Shown: positions 19,550 to 29,521 of the stretch, piece by piece
Layout of the letters: each line of letters opens with the position of its first letter
Numbering within the stretch: position 1 is the first letter of the stretch
Origin: an uncultured Gammaproteobacteria bacterium
GTDB lineage: Bacteria; Patescibacteriota; Microgenomatia; UBA10105; UBA927
Direction of reading: 5' to 3'
DNA: 64,000 bases
NCBI GenBank assembly: GCA_964621305.1
Contig: CAZUOM010000003.1
Location: forward strand, 14,589 to 78,588
The notes under the pieces: generated by a model
Database searches by the model: none
Seen by the model: the letters and a program-made list of their open reading frames with translations, nothing else
Told to the model about the DNA's origin: nothing
Position numbers and translations under genes: made by a program

Positions 19550-20543
19550 TGCGTTACAGAAGTACAAAAAGAGACATTCGTACCTTTTTTTTACTCGAGG
19601 AGATTTGGTACCCAAAAATGCAGACTTAGTCCATTATCCCTATTTTGATCCATTTTTCCCAACGCTGCCGCTTTTGAAACCAAAGCCTGTTGCGGTTACG
19701 GTCCATGACCTTATTCCATTGGTATTTCCAGATAAATTTCCAGCCGGATTAAGAGGTTTACTGAAATGGCAGTTGCAGCGGTTGTCTCTCTTGGGAGCCG
19801 ATCGTATCATCGCTGACTCAGCCCAGTCTGCGCAGGATATCGCGCGTTACTCTGGAGTTTCGCATGAGCGTATCGACGTGGTGCACCTTGCCCCAGGGGA
19901 AAGATTTCGAAAGATGGATAAGAAGGATAAGATGAATCAGAGGGGAATAGAACGGGTGAAGGCAAAGCACCACTTACCCGAGCACTTCATTCTCTACGTG
20001 GGAGATGTCAATTGGAACAAAAACATCCACGGAATGCTTGAAGCATTCCGAAATCTCAAAACTCAAAACTCAAAACTCAAAACTAAATTAGTTTTCGTTG
20101 GTGCCGCTTTTAAAAATAGTTTACTTGCTGAAACGAAGGATATCGACAACCATATCCATTCATTAAACGTAACTGACGATGTAATGAAACTGGGTTTTGT
20201 GCCGGATGAAGATTTACCGGCTATTTATTCGCTTGCAAGCGTTTACATCCAACCGTCGTTTTATGAAGGTTTTGGGCTGCCGGTTCTGGAGGCGATGGCA
20301 TGCGGGTGCCCAGTGGTGTGTTCGTACGTTGCCAGCCTTCGTGAGATTGGCGGGCCGGCCATTTCTATCGATCCCGACGACCCCGCCAACATCGCTTCAG
20401 GCATTTTGCGCGTGTTGTCCTTGTCTAAAGAGCAGAGAAATAAGCTGATAGGTGACCAGCGACAATGGGCAAAACAGTTTACCTGGAGGAATGTTGCGGC
20501 CCTAACCATGAAGGCCTATGAAAAAGTTTTGGCAAACAAATAG
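19467..20543 (+). CDS. GT4 glycosyltransferase
   Basis: RVAID..RGTG.Y, TVHDL, KN, EGFGLPVLEAMACG. TATACT at 19453-19458 lies 8 nt before the ATG. Confidence 0.9.
   Translation: MRVAIDISPLSSNHKVRGTGFYTRNLIDALQKYKKRHSYLFFTRGDLVPKNADLVHYPYFDPFFPTLPLLKPKPVAVTVHDLIPLVFPDKFPAGLRGLLKWQLQRLSLLGADRIIADSAQSAQDIARYSGVSHERIDVVHLAPGERFRKMDKKDKMNQRGIERVKAKHHLPEHFILYVGDVNWNKNIHGMLEAFRNLKTQNSKLKTKLVFVGAAFKNSLLAETKDIDNHIHSLNVTDDVMKLGFVPDEDLPAIYSLASVYIQPSFYEGFGLPVLEAMACGCPVVCSYVASLREIGGPAISIDPDDPANIASGILRVLSLSKEQRNKLIGDQRQWAKQFTWRNVAALTMKAYEKVLANK
19911..19937 (+). repeat. 9-nt tandem repeat AAGATGGAT/AAGAAGGAT/AAGATGAAT (KMDKKDKMN)
   Basis: Read directly; shares AAGAAGGATAAGA with 21118-21130. Confidence 0.7.
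20051..20087 (+). repeat. Heptamer tandem repeat AAATCTC-(AAAACTC)x3-AAAACTA (NLKTQNSKLKTK)
   Basis: Read directly. Confidence 0.95.
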
Positions 20544-21630
20544 ACCAGTTGTGTTCTTATACATGCTTTGGTTGGCTGGTATGGTGTTCGTTGAGCGCCT
20601 AGCCCCGGCGTTATTTCTTTTGCGTGAGGAGTACGTGGGAGTTATTCCTTGGGCGAACTTTGACGGCATGCACTACGTCACCATTGGCACTGACGGCTAC
20701 CACCCGTACCAGCAAGCGTTCTTTCCCGGTTATCCACTGCTTATCCGTGCGTTTTCTGAATTATTTCCGAATATTTTAGCCGAGACAATCGCGATCGTTA
20801 TCTCTCGCATCCTATTCCTTCCGGCACTTTTGGTGTTTTACGCTTTGGCTCGAAGGGTAGTGCCGCAGCAGGCTGTCTGGGCAGTCGTTTTGCTCCTTTT
20901 GTTCCCAACGAGTTTTTTCTTTGGCGCAGCCTACACTGCCAGTCTCTACCTACTCCTTGGGGCAGGGGTGTTTCTTCTCTTGCTACACCGACAGCATCTT
21001 CTGGCTGGAATTGTTGGTGCGGCTGCAAGCGGGAGCTGGCTCTTTGGCGCGTTTCTCTTTCCGGCCGCTCTTTTGGCGTGGAAGGAGGAGGAGGAGAAGA
21101 AGAAAAATAAGGGGGACAAGAAGGATAAGAAGTGGGTATTGGCCATCTTCGTTATGCCGTTGGGACTGGTTGGGTACATGATATACCTCTGGTGGTCAAT
21201 GGGGGACCCGCTCGCATTCATCCACGTGCAGCCGTCTTTTGGTGCAGGCAGAAGTGGCGGGGAGATTATTCTTTTGCCACAGGTATTGTGGCGCTATGCC
21301 AAGATTCTCTTGACTGCATCCGCCAATACCGTTCAGTACTTTGTCGCGGGTTTTGAACTTTTGACCCTCATCTTGGCCCTGTTTCTCTTGTGGCAGGGGT
21401 ATTTGAGAAAACTGCCGCTGGCCTATCTTTTGTACTCGATGGCCATTGTTATTACCCCAACACTCACCGGTACGCTCTCATCATTCCCGCGGTACTTTCT
21501 CGCAGCATTTCCTCTTTTTTGGGTATTGGCGAATATTAGTGGAAGGACCAAAGTCGTGGTAGCATTGGTGTTTTTACTTGTGCAAGCTGTCGTTTCGAGT
21601 GCATTTTTGAGAGGGCACTTCGTTTCGTAA
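20518..21630 (+). CDS. PIG-V/mannosyltransferase-2-like (GT76) GT-C protein
   Basis: W.NFDG.HY..I...GY, AFFPGYPLLIR, FPTSFFF, S.PRY....FP. Confidence 0.8.
   Translation: MKKFWQTNRPVVFLYMLWLAGMVFVERLAPALFLLREEYVGVIPWANFDGMHYVTIGTDGYHPYQQAFFPGYPLLIRAFSELFPNILAETIAIVISRILFLPALLVFYALARRVVPQQAVWAVVLLLLFPTSFFFGAAYTASLYLLLGAGVFLLLLHRQHLLAGIVGAAASGSWLFGAFLFPAALLAWKEEEEKKKNKGDKKDKKWVLAIFVMPLGLVGYMIYLWWSMGDPLAFIHVQPSFGAGRSGGEIILLPQVLWRYAKILLTASANTVQYFVAGFELLTLILALFLLWQGYLRKLPLAYLLYSMAIVITPTLTGTLSSFPRYFLAAFPLFWVLANISGRTKVVVALVFLLVQAVVSSAFLRGHFVS
21082..21132 (+). repeat. Purine-rich 3/9-nt periodic tract (KEEEEKKKNKGDKKDKK)
   Basis: Read directly. Confidence 0.65.
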
Positions 21631-21635
21631 GAAAT

Positions 21636-22322
21636 ATGAAAACATTATCGGTCATCATGCCGGTCTATAATGAGGAAGCAACCGTTTCCGAGATACTGCG
21701 GCGGGTATTTGCTGTGAGGATTGCCGGATGGAAGAAGGAAGTCATTGTTGTGGATGATGGGTCAACAGACGGGACGAGGGCAGCCTTGAAACGGTGGGAG
21801 GGGAAAGCGATTGTTATCTTCCAGAAAAAAAATCAAGGCAAGGGGTCAGCCATAACTGCCGGGCTTTTGCGTGTTACCGGGGATATCGTGCTTATTCAGG
21901 ACGCTGACCTTGAATATAATCCGCAAGACTACCCCACACTTCTTGCGCCCTTTGACGATACACGGATACACGTGGTGTACGGATCGCGCTTCCTGGGGCC
22001 GCATCTGACTACTATGTTTGTGTATGAGGTGGGGAACAAATTCATCACTTTTGTAACGAACCTTCTGTTTAACACCAATATCACAGATGTTGAAACCGGA
22101 TACAAGGTGTTCCGACACAAGGTACTTGCGGCAATGACACTGCGGGCCAAACGATTTGATTTTGAACCGGAAGTTACGGTTAAGCTACTCAAAGCTGGCT
22201 ATCAGATATACGAAGTACCCATCTCGTACTTTGGAAGGAAGTTTTCTGAAGGGAAGAAGTTGACATGGAAAGATGGAGTGATGGCAATCTGGACGCTTCT
22301 CGTGTATCGTTTTTTCCCCTAA
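21636..22322 (+). CDS. GT2, DPM1-like polyprenol-phosphate sugar synthase
   Basis: PVYNE, VDDGSTDG, NQGKG, QDADLEY.P, YGSRF, TD.ETGYK, FDFEPE. Confidence 0.9.
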   Translation: MKTLSVIMPVYNEEATVSEILRRVFAVRIAGWKKEVIVVDDGSTDGTRAALKRWEGKAIVIFQKKNQGKGSAITAGLLRVTGDIVLIQDADLEYNPQDYPTLLAPFDDTRIHVVYGSRFLGPHLTTMFVYEVGNKFITFVTNLLFNTNITDVETGYKVFRHKVLAAMTLRAKRFDFEPEVTVKLLKAGYQIYEVPISYFGRKFSEGKKLTWKDGVMAIWTLLVYRFFP

Positions 22323-22323
22323 T

Positions 22324-23565
22324 ATGCACTGGGAGTCACTTTTATCCAACAAACTGCTGCGCGCTGGTGGCGTGGTGTATGCAGGATCGATGGTGGCCAA
22401 TGTGGCTGCCTGGGGCTACCATGTCCTGGTTGGTCGTATTTTGGGCGCAGAGGCCTATGGAGAGCTGGCTGCTCTCTTGTCACTGTTTTACCTGGTCAAT
22501 GTTCCTTCTGTTGTGCTCCAGACGATTCTCGTCAAGTTCTTTTCGGTTCTTAAGGCTCGTGGTGATACCGGCGGAGCGAGGCACTTATTTGAACGCGTAA
22601 CTATTTTTTTGATTGCGGCTCTTGTCGTAGTCGGGGTGATCGCATCCTTCTTGGTGCCTACGCTGGCGTCATTTCTCCATATTGATAACCGCTGGTATTT
22701 CGTCTTTCTCTACCTCATTTTTGCAACGTTCATCGTATCGGTGGTGAACACCAGTCTCCTCCAGGGGTACCAGCGATTTGTGGCCGTCAGCATATTTACC
22801 AACCTGGGGGTGATTCTGCGACTGATAGTCAGTATCCCTGCGGCGCTTTTCGGGGTTGGTTGGACCTTGGTTGCCAACATCGCATCAAACGTAACCAGCT
22901 ACCTCCTCATGTTTGTTCCGATGCAATTTCTCTTTCGCCAAAAACCGGTGGCGGTTGCCATCACAAAGGAGCAGGCGCTGGGTTTTAGTTTATCTGCTCT
23001 TTTGGCAACAGTCGGTGTTGTCGCCCTGTTTTCCGTCGATGTCATACTCGTCAAACACTACTTTTTGCCCTTTGAGGCCGGCATATATAGTGCACTTTCG
23101 ATACTTGGTAAAGTGGTCTATTACGCATCGTTTGCGGTAACGTTTGTTCTCTATCCGGTCTTGGCGGAGCGCAAAGAGCAACGCCGAGACCATAGGCGGA
23201 TTGTGTTCGTTGGACTTTCGTTTATTGGAGCCACAGGTTTGGCCGTTACCGCTTTGTACACGCGTTTCCCGTCCTGGGTGATTATTCCATTTGGGGCTGC
23301 GTATAAAGATGCAGTACCGTACTTAGGAAGTTTTGCGTTGTTCATTTCATTTTTTTCTTTGGCCAACATCCTCGTGACGATACTTTTGGCCCTGGATGCA
23401 CGGCGCGTGTGGGTTATGAGCGTTGCCGCAGCCACCACCCAGGCCACGTTGATCGTGCTGTCTCATACGAGCTTACAGAGGGTCATTGCAATCAACACGG
23501 CTGTTTCGGCGGCCCTGGCCGCTCTACTTCTGCTATACTACCTCTATGTTATCCGGCGCACGTAA
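22324..23565 (+). CDS. Oligosaccharide flippase (Wzx/MOP superfamily)
   Basis: About 12 TM segments, GRILG...YG, D.ILVKHY....AG.Y pattern. Confidence 0.8.
   Translation: MHWESLLSNKLLRAGGVVYAGSMVANVAAWGYHVLVGRILGAEAYGELAALLSLFYLVNVPSVVLQTILVKFFSVLKARGDTGGARHLFERVTIFLIAALVVVGVIASFLVPTLASFLHIDNRWYFVFLYLIFATFIVSVVNTSLLQGYQRFVAVSIFTNLGVILRLIVSIPAALFGVGWTLVANIASNVTSYLLMFVPMQFLFRQKPVAVAITKEQALGFSLSALLATVGVVALFSVDVILVKHYFLPFEAGIYSALSILGKVVYYASFAVTFVLYPVLAERKEQRRDHRRIVFVGLSFIGATGLAVTALYTRFPSWVIIPFGAAYKDAVPYLGSFALFISFFSLANILVTILLALDARRVWVMSVAAATTQATLIVLSHTSLQRVIAINTAVSAALAALLLLYYLYVIRRT
23531..23545 (+). promoter_or_regulatory. Extended -10 promoter (TGcTATACT) 6 nt before ATG 23546, internal to the flippase 3' end
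   Basis: TGCTATACT-ACCTCT-ATG. Confidence 0.6.
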
Positions 23566-24346
23566 GCTCCTTTCTCTTATCATTCCAGTCTACAATCAGG
23601 AGAAAACCATCGCGAAAAACCTTCGCAATATTGTTGCGGCACTCGAGCAGCTAACGCATCCATACGAAATTATTGTCGTCGTCGACGGAGCAACCGACAA
23701 AAGCATGGAGGAAGCAAAAAAGGTATCCTCACAACATCTATCGGTTGTTGGGTATAAAACGAATAAAGGAAAGGGCTACGCGGTGCGGTTTGGGATGGCA
23801 AAAAGTCACGGTGACATCATCGGATTTCTTGATTCTGGCGGGGATATCGATGAGACGGGGTTAACAATGATGTTGGAACATTTTCGTTGGTACAATGCCG
23901 ACATCATCGTGGGGAGTAAACGACATCCAGTCTCAAAAGTTTACTACCCACTCGGTCGCAAGATTCTCTCTCTCGGATACCAACTTATTGTGCGGCTTCT
24001 TTTTGGCCTTAACATCCGCGACACCCAGGTGGGGTTCAAGCTCTACCGTCGGGATGTGTTGGAGGATGTACTCCCGCGACTTTTGGTGAAGCAGTTTGCC
24101 TTTGATATCGAGATTTTGGCTGTCGCGCATCAATTGGGGTACCGGCGGATCTTTGAGGCGCCGGTAGAGCTTGATTTCACCGGCGCATCCAGTATCACCT
24201 CTACTAGTTTTTGGAAAGTAGTTTTACACACGCTGTGGGATACGTTGGCCGTGTTTTATAGGTTGAAGATTTTATGCTACTACGATAACGCAAACAAACG
24301 GAAATGGCGTTTCGACCCTGAACTTAATTTTCGCGTAAACGTCTGA
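23546..24346 (+). CDS. GT2, polyprenol-phosphate sugar synthase-like
   Basis: IIPVYNQE, VVDG.TD, NKGKG.AV, GSKRH, DTQ.GFK, FAFDIE. Confidence 0.88.
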   Translation: MLSGARKLLSLIIPVYNQEKTIAKNLRNIVAALEQLTHPYEIIVVVDGATDKSMEEAKKVSSQHLSVVGYKTNKGKGYAVRFGMAKSHGDIIGFLDSGGDIDETGLTMMLEHFRWYNADIIVGSKRHPVSKVYYPLGRKILSLGYQLIVRLLFGLNIRDTQVGFKLYRRDVLEDVLPRLLVKQFAFDIEILAVAHQLGYRRIFEAPVELDFTGASSITSTSFWKVVLHTLWDTLAVFYRLKILCYYDNANKRKWRFDPELNFRVNV

Positions 24347-24352
24347 TAACCC

Positions 24353-25462
24353 ATGCGAATTCTTGTTTTTAACTGGCGGGATATAAAAAATCCGCAGGCT
24401 GGTGGAGCAGAGCTCCTCACCCACGAGCTTGCAAAACGATGGAAGAAACATGGACACACAGTAACCTTATTTACCTCAGGATTTTCCGGTGCAAAGGCTG
24501 ACGATGCTATCGATGGAGTCACGGTTATTCGGCGGGGGAGATGGTGGAGTGTGCACGGATTGGCTTTTTTCTATTATCTGTTGCACTTCCGAAGCTTGGT
24601 CGATGTGGTGGTGGATGAAGTCCACTGGTATCCTTTTTTTAGCGTACTGTATGCGCGACACAAGACAGTTCTTTTGGCCTGCGAAGTTGCCAACCGATTA
24701 TTTTTTCAGCTTTTGCCATACCCACTTGCGCTTCTTGGACGATGGTTGGAGAAGATCTACCTTTTTATCTATCGGAGCACACCGGTTATGGCAATCTCCC
24801 CATCGACCAAGCGCGATCTTGTCGCCGAGGGCATAGATGCAGGTCAGATTACCATCTTGCCCATGGGAGTTACTGTGCCAAAGACCGCTTCTAGGTTGAA
24901 AAAAAGTATGCACCCGACGATTCTCTTCCTCGGTCGTCTGCATCCACTAAAGGGCGCACGTGATGCCATCGATGCGTTTGCGTTGATTCGAAAAAAGCTC
25001 CCTTCTGCAAAACTGTGGATTGTTGGAGAGGGTCAAAGTCGCTACAAAAAACAGCTCGATACACAGATTCACTCACTCGCACTCGCATCTTCGGTAACAT
25101 TTTTTGGACACGTATCCGAGCGAAGAAAATTTGAGCTCTTAGCCGCGGGACACCTCTTATTGGTACCGTCGGTACACGAGGGGTGGGGGTTGGTGGTGGC
25201 TGAAGCAGCGCACGTGGGGACTCCGGCGGTTGGCTACCGCACAGCCGGTATTGCCGATGTCATCGTTGATGGAAAGACCGGAGTTCTTGTGCCGCCCGGA
25301 AACATAGAGGAATTGGCGTTAGAAACACTGAAACTATGGGAAGATCGTGCCAGATACAAACGGTACCAGACAGCTGGAAAAAAACGAGCGTTATCTATGA
25401 ACTGGGGCAATACGGCGCTGGTTGCACTTTCCGTATTGGTCAAGGCGCATGAGAAAAACTAA
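24353..25462 (+). CDS. GT4 glycosyltransferase
   Basis: NWRD..NP.AGGAE, GRL..KG, EGWGLVVAEA. Confidence 0.9.
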   Translation: MRILVFNWRDIKNPQAGGAELLTHELAKRWKKHGHTVTLFTSGFSGAKADDAIDGVTVIRRGRWWSVHGLAFFYYLLHFRSLVDVVVDEVHWYPFFSVLYARHKTVLLACEVANRLFFQLLPYPLALLGRWLEKIYLFIYRSTPVMAISPSTKRDLVAEGIDAGQITILPMGVTVPKTASRLKKSMHPTILFLGRLHPLKGARDAIDAFALIRKKLPSAKLWIVGEGQSRYKKQLDTQIHSLALASSVTFFGHVSERRKFELLAAGHLLLVPSVHEGWGLVVAEAAHVGTPAVGYRTAGIADVIVDGKTGVLVPPGNIEELALETLKLWEDRARYKRYQTAGKKRALSMNWGNTALVALSVLVKAHEKN

Positions 25463-26468
25463 CCTTCCAACCATAAGTGTCGTGATCGCTACATATAACT
25501 CGTCGCGAACAATCGGGCGCTGCCTCAAAAGCATCCGGCAGCAGCACTACCCGCAGGAGAAGGTCGAGATTATTATCACCGACGGCGCTTCCACCGATAC
25601 GACGAAAGAGATTGCTTTAGGCCACATCGTGCGATGGATTGACGTCCCTTCTGCCCGTCAAAACGCCGAGTACAACAAGGCGACGGGTATTGCGGCAGCA
25701 AGCCATGAGATTATCGCGATGATTGATCACGACAATGTATTGCCACACGTCAGGTGGCTTCAGAATATGGTGGCGCCGCTTGCCAAGCATAAAGAGGTCG
25801 TCGGTGTCGAGACACTTCGGTATCACTATGATCCGCGGGTGTCGCTTCTCGATAGATACTTTTCGCTTTTTGGCGCTGGGGATCCATTGGTGTGGTATAT
25901 GGGAAAAGCCGATAGACTTTCGTACATCTATGACAGCTACGCGCTTAAAGGCGCGGCGAAGGATTGCGGCGCGTACTATTTAGTACAGTTTCGTCCTGAT
26001 ACCATGACGACCATAGGAGCGAATGGGTTCCTAGTTAGAAGAGACGTGCTTATGAAAAACGCTAATGTGGCGCCGCGCAAGTATTTTGATATGGATGTAA
26101 ATGTTGACTTGATCAAAAAGGGATTTAACACATATGCATTTGTGAAAGATTCGATTTTGCACCTTACAGGTTATGGCAGCGTTTCGAATTTTTTGAAACG
26201 CAGATTGTTGTTTTTGACCCAATATCGATTTGGGAGGGAAGTGGCGCGTGTGCAAAAATTACGCCGATACGGAAAGTTATCAGGGAAAGACAAGTGGCAT
26301 CTTCTCTGGGCGATTATCGCGTGTGCAACGCTCGTTGTTCCGCTGTATGATAGTATTCGCGGGTGGAGAAAAGTGAAGGACAGGGCGTGGTTTCTCCATC
26401 CGGTATTGTGTCTAAGTTTCGTTGCGATATATGGTCTTGCAGTTGGAAAAAAACTTTTGGCGAAATAG
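25449..26468 (+). CDS. GT2 glycosyltransferase with C-terminal TM helices
   Basis: SVVIATYNS, TDG.STD, IDHDN, IGANGF. Confidence 0.85.
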   Translation: MRKTNLPTISVVIATYNSSRTIGRCLKSIRQQHYPQEKVEIIITDGASTDTTKEIALGHIVRWIDVPSARQNAEYNKATGIAAASHEIIAMIDHDNVLPHVRWLQNMVAPLAKHKEVVGVETLRYHYDPRVSLLDRYFSLFGAGDPLVWYMGKADRLSYIYDSYALKGAAKDCGAYYLVQFRPDTMTTIGANGFLVRRDVLMKNANVAPRKYFDMDVNVDLIKKGFNTYAFVKDSILHLTGYGSVSNFLKRRLLFLTQYRFGREVARVQKLRRYGKLSGKDKWHLLWAIIACATLVVPLYDSIRGWRKVKDRAWFLHPVLCLSFVAIYGLAVGKKLLAK

Positions 26469-27354
26469 GCGAGTTTTGGTGACGGGCGCGGGCGGTTTTG
26501 TCGGATCGCACCTGAGAGAAACACTTGTGGCACTTCGTGCAAACGTCATGACACTTGCTCGAAAGAATGACGGAGTCGATATTACCCGTAGGGAGGATGT
26601 TGCCCCGATGTTTGAAAAAAATCCGTCCGTGGTGTTTCACCTAGCTGGTGAGGCTCTGGTAGAGCGGGGGCAGAAGGCTCCCTACGAGACATTCCGTACA
26701 AACGTGATGGCCACGCTTAACGTTCTGGAACTCTGCCGCTTGACTAAGGTCGCAAGGATCATCATCGCTTCCACGGCTCACGTCTACGGCGCCGGACAAC
26801 CGCCGTATACCGAAGACGATCCGCCACGCCCTTCTCGGCCGTATGAGACGAGTAAAACCGCAACGGATCTCTTGGCCCAGTCATATGCCGACAGTTTTCG
26901 TTTACCCGTGGTTATCCCTAGGTTTGTCAACATTTATGGCCCGGGCGATGCAAATATGACAAGGCTTATCCCAAAAACCATGTACCATATCCTTCGTGGC
27001 AAGCCCCTGCCGATGTGGGGCGGGAAGGCAAAAAGAGAGTATATCTACATTGATGATGCGATCAATGCCTATCTTCTCCTTGCCACCATGTTAGAGGATA
27101 AGTTGGAGAAAAATCGCATCTTCAATTTCGGGTCGGGCAGACCAGTGACGGTTGTAGAACTTGTCCGGCGCATTGGGAAAGTTGTAGGGCATTCCGTGCG
27201 GATCAAGCACATCCGAAAAGAGAGAGAAGGGGAGATAGCCGAGCAGTATGTCTCCTGGGAGAAGGCCCGGCGTGTGTTGGGGTGGAGGCCGCGGATATCT
27301 CTTGATGAGGGGCTACAGCGCACCGTTGCGTGGTATCGCAGGAACCCTCTATAA
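26431..27354 (+). CDS. NAD-dependent nucleotide-sugar dehydratase/epimerase (extended SDR, RfbG/Gmd-like)
   Basis: FW....VLVTGAGGFVG, HLA, PYETSK, NIYGPGD. Start codon uncertain. Confidence 0.85.
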   Translation: MVLQLEKNFWRNRRVLVTGAGGFVGSHLRETLVALRANVMTLARKNDGVDITRREDVAPMFEKNPSVVFHLAGEALVERGQKAPYETFRTNVMATLNVLELCRLTKVARIIIASTAHVYGAGQPPYTEDDPPRPSRPYETSKTATDLLAQSYADSFRLPVVIPRFVNIYGPGDANMTRLIPKTMYHILRGKPLPMWGGKAKREYIYIDDAINAYLLLATMLEDKLEKNRIFNFGSGRPVTVVELVRRIGKVVGHSVRIKHIRKEREGEIAEQYVSWEKARRVLGWRPRISLDEGLQRTVAWYRRNPL

Positions 27355-28544
27355 TGCGCCGTATGATCCCGCTTATTAAATCGACGTTTTACCATGAAAC
27401 CCAGACCAAACGAAAGCTGTGTCAATTCATACAATCGGCTAAAAAGTTGAGCATAGGTGACCAGTGCCGACGATTTGAAGAAAACTTTGCCAAATACCAA
27501 GGACGAGCCCACTGTGTTTTTGTCAATAGCGGCAGCAGCGCCAATCTTGCTTTGATTCAAGCGCTCCTCAACCTTGGTAGACTTAAAAAAGGTGATAGCG
27601 TTGGGTTTTCCTCACTCACCTGGTCCACAAACGTGATGCCGCTTATTCAATTGGGTCTTATGCCAATACCTATTGATGTGGAACTTGATACATTAAATGT
27701 ATCAAGTAAATCGCTTCTTGCGGCAACAAAAAAACACACGCCGAAGGCAGTGTTCCTTACCAACCTCTTGGGATTTTGCGATGACATTGAGACAATTAGC
27801 GACATTTGTAAGTCCAAAGGTATTCTCTTTTTGGAGGACAATTGCGAGGCCTTAGGCTCTGTGTATAAAAATAAAAAGCTCGGGAATTGGGGACTAGCAA
27901 GTACATTTTCCTTTTACGTGGGACACCACATGTCTACCGTAGAGGGCGGTGCCATCTGTACCAACAATGGTCAGCTTGAAACAATGCTCCAGCTTGTGCG
28001 AGCACACGGATGGGACCGAAATTTAACCGAGCAAAAGCAGCTAAAAATTCGGGTACGTCATGGCGTGAATGAAACATTTTATTCACGCTATACTTTTTAT
28101 GATTTGGGCTATAACTTGCGCGTGAATGAGATACAAGGGTTTCTTGGCAATACGCAACTTGGCTATATTGATGAGATTGTAAAAAAAAGAGAGAAAAATT
28201 TTTTCTCCATGACCAGTCGCATCATGCGAAGAGATGACCTCTACTTTCCGCTGCGCTACAATCACATTGATCGTGTTTCAAATTTTGCGGTTCCGCTGGT
28301 ATGCCGCTCGCAGAAGATTCGAGATGCACTGGCGGCACGCTGTGACGGGAAGGTTGAGATCCGACCCGTTGTGGGCGGAGACATGACAAGCCAGCCGTTT
28401 TTCAAAAAGTACATGGGGAAGCACATCGACACCGCCTGTCCGAATGCCCGGCTTATCCACGAGCAGGGGTTGTACTTCGGCAACAACCCTGAATTGACCA
28501 AAAAAGAGATGGACACGATCGTTCACGTATTTACCGACCTATGA
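27354..28544 (+). CDS. colD: DegT-fold PLP enzyme, ColD-like 4-keto-6-deoxy-sugar 3-dehydratase
   Basis: NSGSSANL, EDNCE, SFYVGHHMSTVEGG (His in place of the Schiff-base Lys), RAHGW.RNL. No Cys-rich Fe-S motif of E1/RfbH. Confidence 0.75.
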   Translation: MRRMIPLIKSTFYHETQTKRKLCQFIQSAKKLSIGDQCRRFEENFAKYQGRAHCVFVNSGSSANLALIQALLNLGRLKKGDSVGFSSLTWSTNVMPLIQLGLMPIPIDVELDTLNVSSKSLLAATKKHTPKAVFLTNLLGFCDDIETISDICKSKGILFLEDNCEALGSVYKNKKLGNWGLASTFSFYVGHHMSTVEGGAICTNNGQLETMLQLVRAHGWDRNLTEQKQLKIRVRHGVNETFYSRYTFYDLGYNLRVNEIQGFLGNTQLGYIDEIVKKREKNFFSMTSRIMRRDDLYFPLRYNHIDRVSNFAVPLVCRSQKIRDALAARCDGKVEIRPVVGGDMTSQPFFKKYMGKHIDTACPNARLIHEQGLYFGNNPELTKKEMDTIVHVFTDL

Positions 28545-29521
28545 GTGCTTTTTGGAAAAGTAAAAAGGTCTTAGTCACCGGAGGCACCGGGTTTATCGGT
28601 AGCCACGTCGTGGAAAAACTGGTCGAAATGAGAGCAAAGGTAACAGTTCTTGACAATTTACAAAACGGCAAAATTAAAAACATCTCATCGTTGAAGGATC
28701 GCGTTCGATTCATCAAGGGGAATTGCGCGGATATAAAAGACGCGTTAGCTGCATGTAAAAATCAGGAGGTGGTTATGAATCTTGCTGCGCGCGTCGGAGG
28801 CATCGAATATAACCGAACGCACCAGGCGACGATGCTCCGCGACAACCTCACCATTGCCACGACGATGATGGAGGCGGCAAGACGCGCCGGTGTCGAGCGA
28901 TATCTCGTGGTCTCCTCTGCCTGTGTATATCCACGGACCTGTTCGATGCCCACACCAGAGTCCGAGGGATTTGTGGATGAGCCGGAACCAACCAACGGCG
29001 GATATGGCTGGGCCAAGCGTATGGCGGAAAAACTGGGCATGTATTATGCAGAGGAGTTTGGGATGAAGGTAGCAATTGTCCGGCCATACAACGCGTATGG
29101 CCCACGAGACCACTTCGACCCTGCTGTTTCGCATGTCATTGCCGCGCTTATCAAGCGAGTTTTTGATGGAGAAAATCCGTTGGTGGTATGGGGAAGCGGT
29201 AAGCAGACGAGGGCCTTCCTCTATGTTGACGATTTGGCTCGAGGAATGATCGAAGCAATTGAGCACTATCCAAAGCCGGATCCGGTTAATCTTGGTACGG
29301 ACGAGGAAGTAACTATTAGAGAGCTTGTAGAAAAGATTGTGCGGTTAAGCGGAAAATCGCCCACGGTAGTTTTTGACACCACCAAACCGGACGGTAGCCC
29401 CAGAAGGAATAGCGATAACACGAAAGCGAAAGAAAATATCGGTTTTGTAGCCAAGACAAGACTCGATGAGGGGTTGGAAAAAACCATCATGTGGTACCAG
29501 AAGACTATCAAAAGGGTGTAG
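28541..29521 (+). CDS. GDP-L-fucose synthase/ColC-like epimerase-reductase
   Basis: LAARVGGI..N, SSACVYP, EPTN..Y..AK, N.YGP.D.F...SHVI.ALI, WGSG...R.FLYVDD, KPDG.PR. Confidence 0.8.
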   Translation: MSAFWKSKKVLVTGGTGFIGSHVVEKLVEMRAKVTVLDNLQNGKIKNISSLKDRVRFIKGNCADIKDALAACKNQEVVMNLAARVGGIEYNRTHQATMLRDNLTIATTMMEAARRAGVERYLVVSSACVYPRTCSMPTPESEGFVDEPEPTNGGYGWAKRMAEKLGMYYAEEFGMKVAIVRPYNAYGPRDHFDPAVSHVIAALIKRVFDGENPLVVWGSGKQTRAFLYVDDLARGMIEAIEHYPKPDPVNLGTDEEVTIRELVEKIVRLSGKSPTVVFDTTKPDGSPRRNSDNTKAKENIGFVAKTRLDEGLEKTIMWYQKTIKRV

